Shown here: in pieces, positions 31,461 through 41,667 of the stretch
How positions within the stretch are numbered: position 1 is the stretch's first letter
Layout of the letters: every line of letters starts with the position of its first letter
Source: a virus
Lineage: Duplodnaviria > Caudoviricetes
Direction: 5' to 3' (one strand)
Length of the DNA: 43,544 bases
IMG/VR virus record: IMGVR_UViG_3300033406_000015
Coordinates: 1 to 43,544 of that record
Notes under the pieces: model-generated
What the model was told of the DNA's origin: nothing
Databases searched by the model: none
The model's input: only the letters and a program-made list of their open reading frames with translations
Position numbers and translations under genes: made by a program

Positions 31461-33888
31461 TCGTGCGCTCTCAGGCCTGGAGTCCACCGCCAACAAGGCG
31501 GAAGCCGCAGCCGGGAAACTGATGGCGGTGTTCGCCGGGTTGATGACGGTATTGGCCGGCGCGAAAGCGTTCTATGACACCAACGCCGAGTTCCAGCGAC
31601 TCAACGCATCGCTGATCACCGTCACGGGTTCTGCCGGGGCTGCGGAGAAGGCTTTCGCCATGCTCCAGCGCCTAGCCAAGGACACGCCCTACGAGCTCTC
31701 TGAAGTAACCCAGGCCTTCATCAACCTCAAGGCCCGGGGCATGGATGCTTCCGCCGAATCCCTTCTGGCCTATGGCGACATGGCCAGTTCCTTCGGGCGC
31801 AGCTTGACCGACACCATCCAGGCCATCGCGGGTGTGGCGATGGGTGAGACGGAGGCCATCAAGTCATTTGGTGTGCAGGCAACAGCAGCCGGAGATAAGG
31901 TGGCCCTCACCTTCAAGGGGCAAACAGAGGTCATCAACCGTTCCACCTCTGCGGTGGAGGCCTATTTCAAGCAGCTCGCAGTCTCGAACTTTGGCGGGGG
32001 CATGGAGCGCCAGATGAAGACGCTTGGCGGGCTGATGTCCAACCTGAAAGACCAGATCGCGGCCACCTTTTTTGCCATCGGGAATGCTGGGGCTTCGGGT
32101 GGCATGGGTGATGGCATTGCCGGGCTGACTAAGGCTCTGGACAGTGCAACCCCGGCGCTGGTGCGCTTCACCCAATCCGTAACATCGACCGCCGCATCGA
32201 CGGTTGCCGTGTTGAATGCCATCAAGATCCCGATAGCTGCCCTTGCCGCCCTCGGGTTCGCCGTGATCCTTAATGGGTGGGTTGTGGCACTGGCGGGCAT
32301 GGCGGCACCCCTGATTAAGGCCACCGCGCTGACCCTGGCGCTCGACCTCGCCACACTGAAATACGCCACAAGCGCAGGAGTGGCCGCAATGGCTTCCGGT
32401 GGACTCAAAGTGGCTATCGCCGCCATTGCCTCGCCAGTGGGGGTGCTGATCATCGCGCTTGGCGCGCTCTACCTGGCCACGAAGTCTTATCGGAACGAGA
32501 CGGACGCCCTCAACCGGTCCATCGACGAGCAGCAGGCCAGGATGAACAAGCAGCAGCCCATCCTTAATGCGAGGGATCGGGTTCGGGAGCTCCGGGAGGA
32601 GAACGAGCGACTCAGGAAGGTCCTCTCGGGCGACAAATCCGTGAAGATCCGCAGCACCGAGGGACAGGCGCTTGTCAGCCAAGTCACGAAGGACGGGGGC
32701 GACTCTGCATGGGCCGACATCGTGGCGAACCACTTGGACGCCGAACTTGCAGCCAATCAGAAGCTCAAGGACAAGCTGGACGCACGGAACAAGGCCATCA
32801 AGGACACCGCTGCGGAAATGCAGAGGCTCGAAGACGCCAAGAAGGAGATGATCCGCAACCTCAAAAAGTCCAATGCCGAGTTCGCCAACATGGCAAGCGC
32901 TGGCCAGTGGTCTTTCATGAAGGAAACCGATCTGGACGAGCGCGCCAAGCAGATCGCAGAGGCCAAGCGCCTTGGCTTGGCTGAGAGTGCGGCAATCCAG
33001 CAGTGGACCAAGAACCAGGAGGCCATCAGCCGCTACGCCAACGAAAAGCGCAGGGCGGCGGAACGCCTAGAGGCCGCTGCCAAGCGAACCGAGGAGGCTC
33101 TTGCGCGGCAGGGCGATTATTCCTCCGGCATGGTGGACGCTGCGAGCAGCTTGAACCTGCAGTACGACCCCGAAAAGAAATACCTCGACGCCGTGAACCG
33201 CATCAACGCCCTCAAAAAGGCGGGGATGCTCACGGACACTGCCTACGTCAAAGCGCTGCGCGATGTGGAAGCCGAGCACGGCAACCTCTGGGCGCAGATG
33301 TCCCTCCAGGTCGAAACCTACGCCGACACCAGCGCAGCCGCGCTTGCCAACTTCTTCAACGGCACCTCCAGCGGCTTCCGGGAGATGACCATCTCCATCC
33401 TCACGGACCTTGAGAAGATGATCATCAAAGCCACCATCACCAAGCCCATCTTTGATGCGCTGGCGAAGAGCATCAACAGCATGGGGAGCGGCGATAGCTG
33501 GCTGTCCTCGCTGGGCAGCACGGTAGCTGGCTGGTTTGGGGGCGGGAGCACTCAGATTTCCGGCATGTCCTCCGATTCCCTCCTTGGCCAGGCCGCGGCA
33601 TCGGGCGGATACCGGGACGGCTCCAAGCCTTACCTCGTAGGGGAGCGCGGCCCTGAGATCTTCAACCCTGGCGTGTCCGGGACCATCACCCCCAACAACA
33701 AAATCGGGGGTAGCTCCATCAACATCGTCAATCAGATCAACGTGACGGTGGCGGATGGGCAGGCCACCACCAACACCAAGAGCAGCGCCCAACAGGGCCA
33801 AGATATTGCCAAGAGCCTTGAATCGATGATGGACGCCTGGGCTGCAAAGAACATGCGACAGGGCGGCCTATTTGTGGGTGGACGATGA
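31402..33888 (+). CDS. tail tape measure protein
   Basis: 828 aa, Ala-rich helical; TPYELSEV motif; C-terminal YLVGERGPEIFNP. Confidence 0.92.
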   Translation: MTDLARLVLAVDSTEVKSADRALSGLESTANKAEAAAGKLMAVFAGLMTVLAGAKAFYDTNAEFQRLNASLITVTGSAGAAEKAFAMLQRLAKDTPYELSEVTQAFINLKARGMDASAESLLAYGDMASSFGRSLTDTIQAIAGVAMGETEAIKSFGVQATAAGDKVALTFKGQTEVINRSTSAVEAYFKQLAVSNFGGGMERQMKTLGGLMSNLKDQIAATFFAIGNAGASGGMGDGIAGLTKALDSATPALVRFTQSVTSTAASTVAVLNAIKIPIAALAALGFAVILNGWVVALAGMAAPLIKATALTLALDLATLKYATSAGVAAMASGGLKVAIAAIASPVGVLIIALGALYLATKSYRNETDALNRSIDEQQARMNKQQPILNARDRVRELREENERLRKVLSGDKSVKIRSTEGQALVSQVTKDGGDSAWADIVANHLDAELAANQKLKDKLDARNKAIKDTAAEMQRLEDAKKEMIRNLKKSNAEFANMASAGQWSFMKETDLDERAKQIAEAKRLGLAESAAIQQWTKNQEAISRYANEKRRAAERLEAAAKRTEEALARQGDYSSGMVDAASSLNLQYDPEKKYLDAVNRINALKKAGMLTDTAYVKALRDVEAEHGNLWAQMSLQVETYADTSAAALANFFNGTSSGFREMTISILTDLEKMIIKATITKPIFDALAKSINSMGSGDSWLSSLGSTVAGWFGGGSTQISGMSSDSLLGQAAASGGYRDGSKPYLVGERGPEIFNPGVSGTITPNNKIGGSSINIVNQINVTVADGQATTNTKSSAQQGQDIAKSLESMMDAWAAKNMRQGGLFVGGR

Positions 33889-35024
33889 CGGCGACCTTCC
33901 CCTATCTGCCCGATTGGGGTGCCTCCCCCGAGATGCCCCAGGCCATCAACAAGGTGGCCTTTGGGGATGGCTATGAACAACGCAGTCACAAGGGGCTCAA
34001 CCCTTATCTGCCCATCTGGAGCCTGACCTTCTCCAAGCGAACCCAGGCAGAGGCCGAGGCGATTGCTGCGTGGTTCCAAGCGAACAAAGCGGACGTGGCT
34101 GCCTTCAATTGGACCACCCCGGGCGCGAACACAACAGCGACCGACGAACTGTTCTTCACTGGGGATGGGTCGACATCATCCGCCCAGCTCACGAAGGGCG
34201 GGGACGCCATCACGTCTGGGATTCTGATCTCATCCCTCACCCGCACGGACTGGCAGGGGACGGTCCAGCTGAGCCCGACCCCTCGGACGAACCTCCGACT
34301 CTATAGCCAAGATTTCACAATCGCGGCATGGATTAAAACGAACCTGACAGTAACGCCAGACGCCACAACCGCGCCAGATGGCACGAACACCGCCGACCTC
34401 CTTGTGACTGCTGCGGTCACGGGATCGATGCGGGTTTACCGTGGCGTGGCGTCTGTTGCGGGCCAGAGACGCTGCTCATCCTGGTATGTCAAGAAGCAGC
34501 CAGGTTCTGTGGTCCGTTGGTTAGTATTGTCGGCAGACCAATCTGGAGCCCTTGCGTGGTTTGACCTAGACAATGGGGTGTTTGGGAATATCGGTTCCGG
34601 GATCACCGCCTTGGTTTCCGCCCTATCCAATGGATGGTATCGGGTTTCTATCACCTACAACGCTGCTGGGAACGACTCCGGGGATAACCAATTCCTCACC
34701 GTGGTTGCAGGAAATGGGAACTTAACCAACATCACCGGGGACGGGGTCACCGGGTTCTATGTCTGGGGCGCCCAGGTCGAGGACTCCGCCGAGCCGACCT
34801 CCTACATCCCGACAGATATTTCCATCGTCACCGTGACCGACTACACCATCTCCTCCACGGGCGTGGTCGCCTTCGGCCAGACGCCTATAAGCGGGGCAAC
34901 GTTCAGGTGGTCTGGGACCTATACCATCGGGTTCATGTGGGTGGCGGACTCCTGGACCCCTGCCAAGCCCGACGAATACAACTCCTGGTCGGTCCAGGCC
35001 AAGTTCCGGCAGGTGGCGGCATGA
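33885..35024 (+). CDS. distal tail protein (lambda gpM-like) with large insertion
   Basis: FGDGYEQR...GLN....WSLTF...FNWTTP, then about 270 inserted residues, then the AKFRQV terminus. Confidence 0.8.
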   Translation: MTATFPYLPDWGASPEMPQAINKVAFGDGYEQRSHKGLNPYLPIWSLTFSKRTQAEAEAIAAWFQANKADVAAFNWTTPGANTTATDELFFTGDGSTSSAQLTKGGDAITSGILISSLTRTDWQGTVQLSPTPRTNLRLYSQDFTIAAWIKTNLTVTPDATTAPDGTNTADLLVTAAVTGSMRVYRGVASVAGQRRCSSWYVKKQPGSVVRWLVLSADQSGALAWFDLDNGVFGNIGSGITALVSALSNGWYRVSITYNAAGNDSGDNQFLTVVAGNGNLTNITGDGVTGFYVWGAQVEDSAEPTSYIPTDISIVTVTDYTISSTGVVAFGQTPISGATFRWSGTYTIGFMWVADSWTPAKPDEYNSWSVQAKFRQVAA

Positions 35025-35647
35025 TCCCCTACTCGGAAATCATGAGCCTGAGCCCCACGGCCATTATCGAGCTCTTCGTGTTGGACGCCTCAAGCATCGC
35101 GGGCGGGGGAGTCTACTACTTCCACGCCGGGACCAACCAGGTCGGCAGGGACATCGTGTGGCAGGGGCAGGCATACCAGCGCCTCCCGATGAAGGCGGAT
35201 GGGTTTGAATGGTCCTCCAAGGGCACCCTCCCACGGCCCAAGATCACTGTGTCCAACCTGGATGGCGTGGTCGGGGCCATGATCCGCGACCTGGATGACC
35301 TTGTGGGAGCCAAGGTTACCCGCAAGCGGTGCTTCGCCCGCCACCTGGACGGGATGCCTGGGGCCGACCCAGAGGCGCACTGGCCCGATGAACCCTGGGA
35401 GATCGACCGCAAAACCGCTGAGACCGACGAGGCTATTGAATTTGAATTGGTGGCACCCCTCGATGTACAGGGCTCCAAGGTGCCCCGGAGGCTCATCAAC
35501 GCCGGGTTCTGCAACTGGGACCCGGGTTCAAGCGAGATTTGCCCCTACATCGCAGGGTGCAAGCGGCGCTTGGCCGACTGCAAGGAGAACTACCCCAACC
35601 AGGCGCTCCCCTATGGCGGGTTCCCTGGCACCAGGAGGGCCGCATGA
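35021..35647 (+). CDS. minor tail protein L
   Basis: IELFVLD...YFHAG...IVWQG..Y...P...GFE....PRPKITVSN...GAKVTRKR; C-terminal Cys cluster, YGGFPG. Confidence 0.9.
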   Translation: MIPYSEIMSLSPTAIIELFVLDASSIAGGGVYYFHAGTNQVGRDIVWQGQAYQRLPMKADGFEWSSKGTLPRPKITVSNLDGVVGAMIRDLDDLVGAKVTRKRCFARHLDGMPGADPEAHWPDEPWEIDRKTAETDEAIEFELVAPLDVQGSKVPRRLINAGFCNWDPGSSEICPYIAGCKRRLADCKENYPNQALPYGGFPGTRRAA

Positions 35648-36312
35648 CGCCCGAACTCCACGCCGCCATCATGGCCCACGTTTCCGCGACTCCTGGCGAG
35701 GCCTGCGGGCTCCTGGTCTGGGATGGCAAGGTCAGCGCCACCTACCACCCCTGCCGGAATACTTCGCCCGAGGGAGACCGGTTCAGCATCCACATCGAGG
35801 ACTGGTGCGCCGCCGAGGACGCCGGGGAGATCCTGGGCGTGGTCCACTCGCACCCGGACGGCAACCTTCAACCCTCCCCCTGGGATCTTCACAGCGCCAC
35901 CATCATGGGCAAGGCGTGGTGGATCTTTAACCCCGAGGGGAAGTGGTTCCGGTTCCCCGGAAGACTCCCCCTTTCGGGCAGGCCCTACGCCTGGGGGGTT
36001 TCCGACTGCCTGACGCTGGTGCAGGACTGGTGCCTAGAGCAGGGGGCCCGGATCCCCGACCCCATCCGCGTCCCCCACTACTGGGAACAGGGCCTTGACC
36101 CCTTCCAAAAGGGGCTTGAGGGTTCACGGTTCTCCATCGTTGAGGGTGATCCCCAGCGGGGAGACGTGCTGCTCTTCGGCAACCCGGCCCGTCACGCCGG
36201 GGTTTACATCGGCCACGGGAAGTTCCTCCACCACCGAGAGGGGCAACTCTCCCGTGCCGAGGCCTTGGACGGCTACTGGCAGAAGGCCATGCGAATTGTG
36301 AGGGCTGCATGA
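35644..36312 (+). CDS. tail assembly protein K (JAB plus NlpC/P60)
   Basis: EACGLL, VHSHPDG...PS..D, DCLTLV, HAGVY...FLHH. Confidence 0.9.
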   Translation: MTPELHAAIMAHVSATPGEACGLLVWDGKVSATYHPCRNTSPEGDRFSIHIEDWCAAEDAGEILGVVHSHPDGNLQPSPWDLHSATIMGKAWWIFNPEGKWFRFPGRLPLSGRPYAWGVSDCLTLVQDWCLEQGARIPDPIRVPHYWEQGLDPFQKGLEGSRFSIVEGDPQRGDVLLFGNPARHAGVYIGHGKFLHHREGQLSRAEALDGYWQKAMRIVRAA

Positions 36313-39300
36313 GGGAGATCCGCCTCTACGGCGAATTGGGGCGCAGGTTCGGGCGCGAACACCATTTCGAGGTGGCCACCCCTGCCGAGGCTATCAAGGC
36401 GTTGTGCCATCAGGTGAAGGGCTTCAAGGCCTATCTCCGGGAACACCGGGAAGACCCCTTCGCCGTACTGGTGGACCGCGTTTCCCTTGGCGAGGGCGAG
36501 TTCAGCGGGCCCGTGGGTCGGATGGAAACCATCAAGATCGTGCCTGTCGTGGCGGGCGGGTCCAACGGGCTGAAGATGGTGGCCGGGGCTGTGCTGATCG
36601 TGGTTGGGGCAGTTGTTAACGCTTATTTCCCCGGGTCGGGCACCCCGTTCATCCAGATGGGCGTGGGCCTAATGATCGGCGGCGTGGTGGGCTACCTCAC
36701 GCAAGCCGCTGCGCCAACCTCCGCATCCAGCACTGCAGATTCTGAACCCACCAACTACACCTTCGGGTCTCCACGGGTCACCAATGGCCAGGGCTACCCT
36801 GTCCCACTGGGCTACGGGAAATTCAGGGTCGGTGGGGCGCTGATCAGTTCCGGCATCGCCTCCGAGTCCTTCCAGTCCCTCGGGTTCGGCGGCATGGCCC
36901 CAGATGACTCCGGCACCAAGGGTGGGGATGGGAACTCCGTCCCGTGGGCGTGGTCAGTTGCGCCTGAATCGGACACCGAAGCCTCAGGCATCAGCGAACA
37001 GCTGCGGTTCATCCAGGCACTGTCTGAGGGGCCGATTCTGGGCCTGGTCAATGGCCTCCAGTCGGTCTATCTGGATGACACCCCCATCCAGAGCCCCAGC
37101 GGGTCATTCAACATCCACGGCATCAATCTGGCCATGTCCTCCGGGACGGCCAACCAGGCGGCCATCCCCGGCTTCCCCAGCATCGAGACGCCCTACGATG
37201 TCAGCGTCAAAGTCACCAACGCGGGCGGTGCCATCGCTCGGACCATCTCGACGCCCAATCTCTCCGCTGTCCGGATCCGCATCAAATACCCCTCCATGCA
37301 GACGGTGGATAAGACCACCGGAGACGTATCGGCGGCATCTGCCCAAATCTCGGTCACCATCCAGAACGCCAATTACAACGGGGGCGTGGCGTATCCCGTG
37401 ACGCTCTCCGAGGGCGGAACCTGCAAGATCAAAAGCTCTTCGGCCTACACCAAGGCCTGGAGGATCGAACTCCCCCAGGGCATCTCGGGGCCGTGGACGA
37501 TCAGCGTGACCCGCGTGACCGAGGACAGCACCTCCAACTACCTGATGAACGACACGTGGTGGGCGGACTACACCGAACTTACAGACGAACTCCTGCGTTA
37601 CCCCTACACCGCCGTGATGGGGATCTCGGTGGACGCCAAGAGCTTCAATTCGGTCCCCGAGCTCACGGCGGAGTGCTACCTCCGCATCATCCAGGTGCCC
37701 AGCAACTACGACACGGACACCCGGACCTATTCCGGGATCTGGGACGGCACCTTCAAGTGGGCATGGAGCGACAACCCGGCCTGGTGCTGGTACGACCTCG
37801 CCACGAACACCCGGTATGGCTGCGGGACCTTCCTCCAAGCCTCGGGGATGGACAAGTGGGCGCTCTACGACATCGCCCAGTGGTGTGATGAGCAGGTGGA
37901 CAACGGCCTGGGCGGCAAAGAGCCGCGCATGACCATGAACATCTTCATCCAGACCCAGGAAGAGGCCATCAAGGTTCTGTCTGAACTCGCCTCCTGCTTC
38001 TGGGGGATTGCCTATTATGCTGCGGGAAGCGTGACGGCGGTGGCCGACTGGGACAAGGAGCCTGTGGCCCTCTTCACCAACGCCAATGTGCAGGACGGAA
38101 AGTTCACCTATTCCGGCAGCGCGAAGAAGGCGCGGCATACCAGTGCCGTAGTGACCTGGATGGACCCTTCCCTGGGCTACGCCACCAACCAGGAAATCTA
38201 TGAATACGAGGATGCCCGTTCCAGGTACGGGTACAACCCGCTCACCGGAACAGCGATCGGCAGCACTTCAAGGGGGCAATCCCGCAGGTTTGGGCAATGG
38301 GAGGTTCTGTCGGAGTTCTTCGGGACGGATACCGTGAGCTTCACTGCGGGGCTCGACGGATCCCTGCTTCTCCCCGGGGATATCTTCCAGGTCCAGGACA
38401 ACCACAGGGCGGGAAGCACCCGGTGGGGTGGAAGGCTGTGGGGGGGCTGCACAACCACCACCATCAACCTGGACGGGGCCGTGGCCCTTGAGGTTGGGAA
38501 GAACTACTACCTGAAGGTGTGGGGTGCAGACGGCTCCGTTGCGGTTCGGCAGGTGCTTTCCGGGCCCGGGACATGGGCCGCCATCACTACCGCGCCCTTC
38601 GATGCCGAGCCCAGCGCCATGGCGGTATGGGTCCTCCAGGAAGAGGCAGACGCGAAGCTCTATCGCGCCATTTCCATCTCCGAAAAGAGCGGGCTGGGCC
38701 ATGACATCACGGGCCTCCTCCATGTCCCCGAGAAATACAGCCTGATCGGGGTGGGTAACGATTTCGAGACGGCCACCACCGACAACCCGGAGTATCCCCG
38801 GCCCGTGAACCTCGCCGCAGGGGTGTCCATCTCGTCGACCAGTGGCGTTCTCTCCGTCCGTGTCACCCCCACATGGGAGCCTGTCCAGAACTACACCCCA
38901 TCCAGCTACCAGCTGGCCTATCGCTACCAGGGCGGGGCCTGGACACCACTCCCGGTACAAGGGCTCGGTGCGGAAATCACCGGGCACGGGCTTGGGCTCT
39001 ATGAGTTCAAGTGCTACGCGGTTTACCGGACCCGCAAATCCGCAGCGGCAACCTGGTCCATCACCGCCGACATCACCGGGAACCCCCCCAATGTGACCGG
39101 GCTTACCTGGGCCTATAAAGGCACAGCCCGGATCTCCTGGGATGCCGTGAACGATGCCCGGGGGGTGGATTACGAAGTCCGTATGGGCACCACATGGGAC
39201 ACCGCCATGGTGCTGGGCCGCTTCTCGGGTCTAACCTTCGACGCGGTGGCCGCTGGAACCTACTGGGTCGCGGCCTACTTCATGGGCCTCTACTCTGTGA

Positions 39301-40022
39301 CCCCGGCATCGGTGATCATCCCAGCCAGTGGGATTCCACAGAACGTGGTCCAGACCTGGGACGAAAAGGCGACCTCATGGGCCGGCACATTTGGCGGGGG
39401 ATGCGCAGCGGATGGCCTGGGGGCGATCTGCCTCACCTCCGGCCTCACAGGCACCTATGAGGTGCCCACCTCCCATGTGGTCGACATCGGAACGGCCCAG
39501 CCATGCAGCGTCAGTGTGGCCTATCTCGCATCAACCTCCAGCCTCAATAACGACTGGGATAGCCAGACCAACTTCGATGCCTGGGCAGATGTGGATGGCA
39601 ACGTCCCCGGCATGGGAACCGTGACCATTCAGATTGCCCTCTCGCAGAACGGCACCACCTGGGGAGATTGGCAGACGTTTATCCCAGGTTCCTACCTGGC
39701 TAGGCGCTTCAAGCTCCGCGCCGTGTTAACCCGGGCAGATACGACCGTCACTCAGTATCTCAGCGCGCTCTCCTGGACGGTGGACATGCCCGATCGAACC
39801 GCGAAGGGGACCGGCGTTTCTGTTTCCGCTTCGGGTCTTGCGGTGACCTTCTCCCCAGCCTTCCAGGTCATCCCCAACGTGCAGATCACCATCACCAACA
39901 TGCAGGCCGGGGACATCGTGACCTTCCCCGTAGTGCCCTCCACCTCTGGTTTCACCGTGAAGATCACCAACGGGGGAACCGGGGTTGCCCGAACCATCAA
40001 CTGGACCGCCCTCGGCTACTAG
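36309..40022 (+). CDS. fused tail assembly protein I plus tail tip protein J
   Basis: gpI-like IRLYGELGRRFG...PVPLGYG; gpJ-like LSEGPI.GL, WSDNPAWC.YD, F..ANV.DG.F.Y; FN3-like C-part. Confidence 0.88.
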   Translation: MREIRLYGELGRRFGREHHFEVATPAEAIKALCHQVKGFKAYLREHREDPFAVLVDRVSLGEGEFSGPVGRMETIKIVPVVAGGSNGLKMVAGAVLIVVGAVVNAYFPGSGTPFIQMGVGLMIGGVVGYLTQAAAPTSASSTADSEPTNYTFGSPRVTNGQGYPVPLGYGKFRVGGALISSGIASESFQSLGFGGMAPDDSGTKGGDGNSVPWAWSVAPESDTEASGISEQLRFIQALSEGPILGLVNGLQSVYLDDTPIQSPSGSFNIHGINLAMSSGTANQAAIPGFPSIETPYDVSVKVTNAGGAIARTISTPNLSAVRIRIKYPSMQTVDKTTGDVSAASAQISVTIQNANYNGGVAYPVTLSEGGTCKIKSSSAYTKAWRIELPQGISGPWTISVTRVTEDSTSNYLMNDTWWADYTELTDELLRYPYTAVMGISVDAKSFNSVPELTAECYLRIIQVPSNYDTDTRTYSGIWDGTFKWAWSDNPAWCWYDLATNTRYGCGTFLQASGMDKWALYDIAQWCDEQVDNGLGGKEPRMTMNIFIQTQEEAIKVLSELASCFWGIAYYAAGSVTAVADWDKEPVALFTNANVQDGKFTYSGSAKKARHTSAVVTWMDPSLGYATNQEIYEYEDARSRYGYNPLTGTAIGSTSRGQSRRFGQWEVLSEFFGTDTVSFTAGLDGSLLLPGDIFQVQDNHRAGSTRWGGRLWGGCTTTTINLDGAVALEVGKNYYLKVWGADGSVAVRQVLSGPGTWAAITTAPFDAEPSAMAVWVLQEEADAKLYRAISISEKSGLGHDITGLLHVPEKYSLIGVGNDFETATTDNPEYPRPVNLAAGVSISSTSGVLSVRVTPTWEPVQNYTPSSYQLAYRYQGGAWTPLPVQGLGAEITGHGLGLYEFKCYAVYRTRKSAAATWSITADITGNPPNVTGLTWAYKGTARISWDAVNDARGVDYEVRMGTTWDTAMVLGRFSGLTFDAVAAGTYWVAAYFMGLYSVTPASVIIPASGIPQNVVQTWDEKATSWAGTFGGGCAADGLGAICLTSGLTGTYEVPTSHVVDIGTAQPCSVSVAYLASTSSLNNDWDSQTNFDAWADVDGNVPGMGTVTIQIALSQNGTTWGDWQTFIPGSYLARRFKLRAVLTRADTTVTQYLSALSWTVDMPDRTAKGTGVSVSASGLAVTFSPAFQVIPNVQITITNMQAGDIVTFPVVPSTSGFTVKITNGGTGVARTINWTALGY

Positions 40023-40030
40023 GAGTTCCC

Positions 40031-41128
40031 ATGTCTCAATACCCACTTCCTGTTCCTGGCGGCTCCGGTCAAACAGTCCGGAACAACATCAACTCAGCCC
40101 TGGACGCCCTCTATACGGGGCACTCCGGGGTCTCTGCACCGAGTAGCCCTAAGACGTGGCAAATTTGGACCGACACCAGCGTGTCTCCACCGGTGGAGCG
40201 ACAGTGGAATGGTTCAGCCTGGGTCGAGAAGGCCAATGAGCAGCGAGTGGCTGTCGCAGATGCTGCCTACACCATCTCCACCAGCGGGAACCGCATCATC
40301 GGGTACACCTCTCTCACGGCAGGGCGGACGGTGACGCTTCCCTCTGCGGCGGGCATGGCAGGGCAGCGGATCACGATTCAAGACGAATCTGGAAACGCCT
40401 CTGCGTCTAAGCCCATCACCATTCAGCGGGCCGGTTCGGACCTGGTTAGCGGTGTGGTGAGCGTGGCCATTGCATCACCCTATGGGGCAGTTACCTTGAT
40501 TTCAAATGGCGGGGCGAAGTGGATTGTCCAGAGGCCCAAGATCAGGCAGCAGATCTTCACGGCATCTGGGACATGGACATGTCCAGCGGGGGTAGATCTG
40601 GTGCGAGTCACCGTTGCCGGTGGTGGCGGTGGAGGAGCGTCACCGGGAAGCGGCGGCGGCGGTGGCGGTGGTGGAGGGATGGTGGTTACAAAAACCATAT
40701 CCGTAGTGCCGGGCACAGCCTATACCATCACAGTCGGCAGCGGTGGTGCGGCGGGAGCCGCTGGAGGCTCGTCTTCATTCGGCGCGCTAGTCACAGCCAC
40801 TGGCGGCGGTAGAGGATCGGGTTCTTTTGGCGGCGTCTACGGAGGCGGCACAGCCCCAGAAATATGGGGAATTTGCACACCTTACGGGTCAGGGGCTTCT
40901 CCTGGATATGCCGGTGGGGCCTCCGCCTATGCCTTGGGCGGAGCCTACATCGGCTCATATGTGGGCGGAGGCGGCGGCGCGTCTTATGGGCCCGGAGCGA
41001 ATGGCGGATATTCGGGGGGCGCAGGGTCCTCTGCCGCCGCGAACACGGGGGGTGGTGGCGGGGGCGGGTATCTATCCTCTGGCGGGTCCGGAGGTTCTGG
41101 CATCGTCATCATCGAGTCGGTTGAATAG
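40031..41128 (+). CDS. tail fibre with glycine-rich C-terminal domain
   Basis: RNNINSAL...SG..AP; TVTLPSA; FTASGTWTCPAGV..V...GGGGGG...GGSGIVII. Confidence 0.8.
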   Translation: MSQYPLPVPGGSGQTVRNNINSALDALYTGHSGVSAPSSPKTWQIWTDTSVSPPVERQWNGSAWVEKANEQRVAVADAAYTISTSGNRIIGYTSLTAGRTVTLPSAAGMAGQRITIQDESGNASASKPITIQRAGSDLVSGVVSVAIASPYGAVTLISNGGAKWIVQRPKIRQQIFTASGTWTCPAGVDLVRVTVAGGGGGGASPGSGGGGGGGGGMVVTKTISVVPGTAYTITVGSGGAAGAAGGSSSFGALVTATGGGRGSGSFGGVYGGGTAPEIWGICTPYGSGASPGYAGGASAYALGGAYIGSYVGGGGGASYGPGANGGYSGGAGSSAAANTGGGGGGGYLSSGGSGGSGIVIIESVE

Positions 41129-41136
41129 GAGGCTAT

Positions 41137-41667
41137 GTGAAGACTTACGCAGAAATCCTCAACGGCAAGGTGACCCATGTCGGGACTTGCGCAAACAACT
41201 TCACGCCAGAATTCGAGCCTCCCCTGGAGTGCGTGATCATCGACCCGGCCCTCTCCCCTCAGCCGGAGGAGGGTTGGGAGTATCGCGGAGGATGCTTCAT
41301 CCAGCCAGAGGAAACCGTGGCCCTGGAGCCCGCCCTCACTCTGACCATTGACGGCATCACGGGCGGCTCCTTGGATGGCCTGGAGGTGACCGTCAACGCA
41401 GGGGGAGCCCTCACAGCCACGGGCCGGATCACAGACGCGGGCGGGTCGCTTGTCCCTGTGACTGCGACCTTCCGGCTCCCCATCCAGGCCTCAGATGGGC
41501 GGGAGCGCCTGGTTGCAGCGGTGGTGACCGAGGGGGCGGTAAGTGTCGCCTGGACACCCAAGGAGTCCGGCGTGTGGTCCATCACTCAAGACCTGGTGAA
41601 CCTGCGCCAGCCGGACACCACCAAAATGAAGTTCGCAGGCCTCACCGTCTACGTCCTTGAGGCTTAA
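41137..41667 (+). CDS. tail-fibre-associated protein
   Basis: AGGAGG SD; YAEILNGKV...P..GWEY.GG.F..P followed by a beta-rich domain. Confidence 0.65.
   Translation: MKTYAEILNGKVTHVGTCANNFTPEFEPPLECVIIDPALSPQPEEGWEYRGGCFIQPEETVALEPALTLTIDGITGGSLDGLEVTVNAGGALTATGRITDAGGSLVPVTATFRLPIQASDGRERLVAAVVTEGAVSVAWTPKESGVWSITQDLVNLRQPDTTKMKFAGLTVYVLEA

Noticed and set aside
25077-38987. Long antisense ORFs (e.g. 25077-26345, 26182-27840, 29635-30795, 37104-38138)
   Set aside because: Shadow frames of GC-rich, codon-biased structural genes with no recognisable motifs
40600-41100. GGC/GGT runs as collagen-like or mobile repeats
   Set aside because: Poly-Gly motifs of a common glycine-rich tail-fibre domain, not Gly-X-Y periodic
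8381-41128. Diversity-generating retroelement (A-site variation in the repeats; tail-fibre target)
   Set aside because: No reverse transcriptase ORF, no template/variable repeat pair seen, and variation includes non-A changes (CGC versus GGC)
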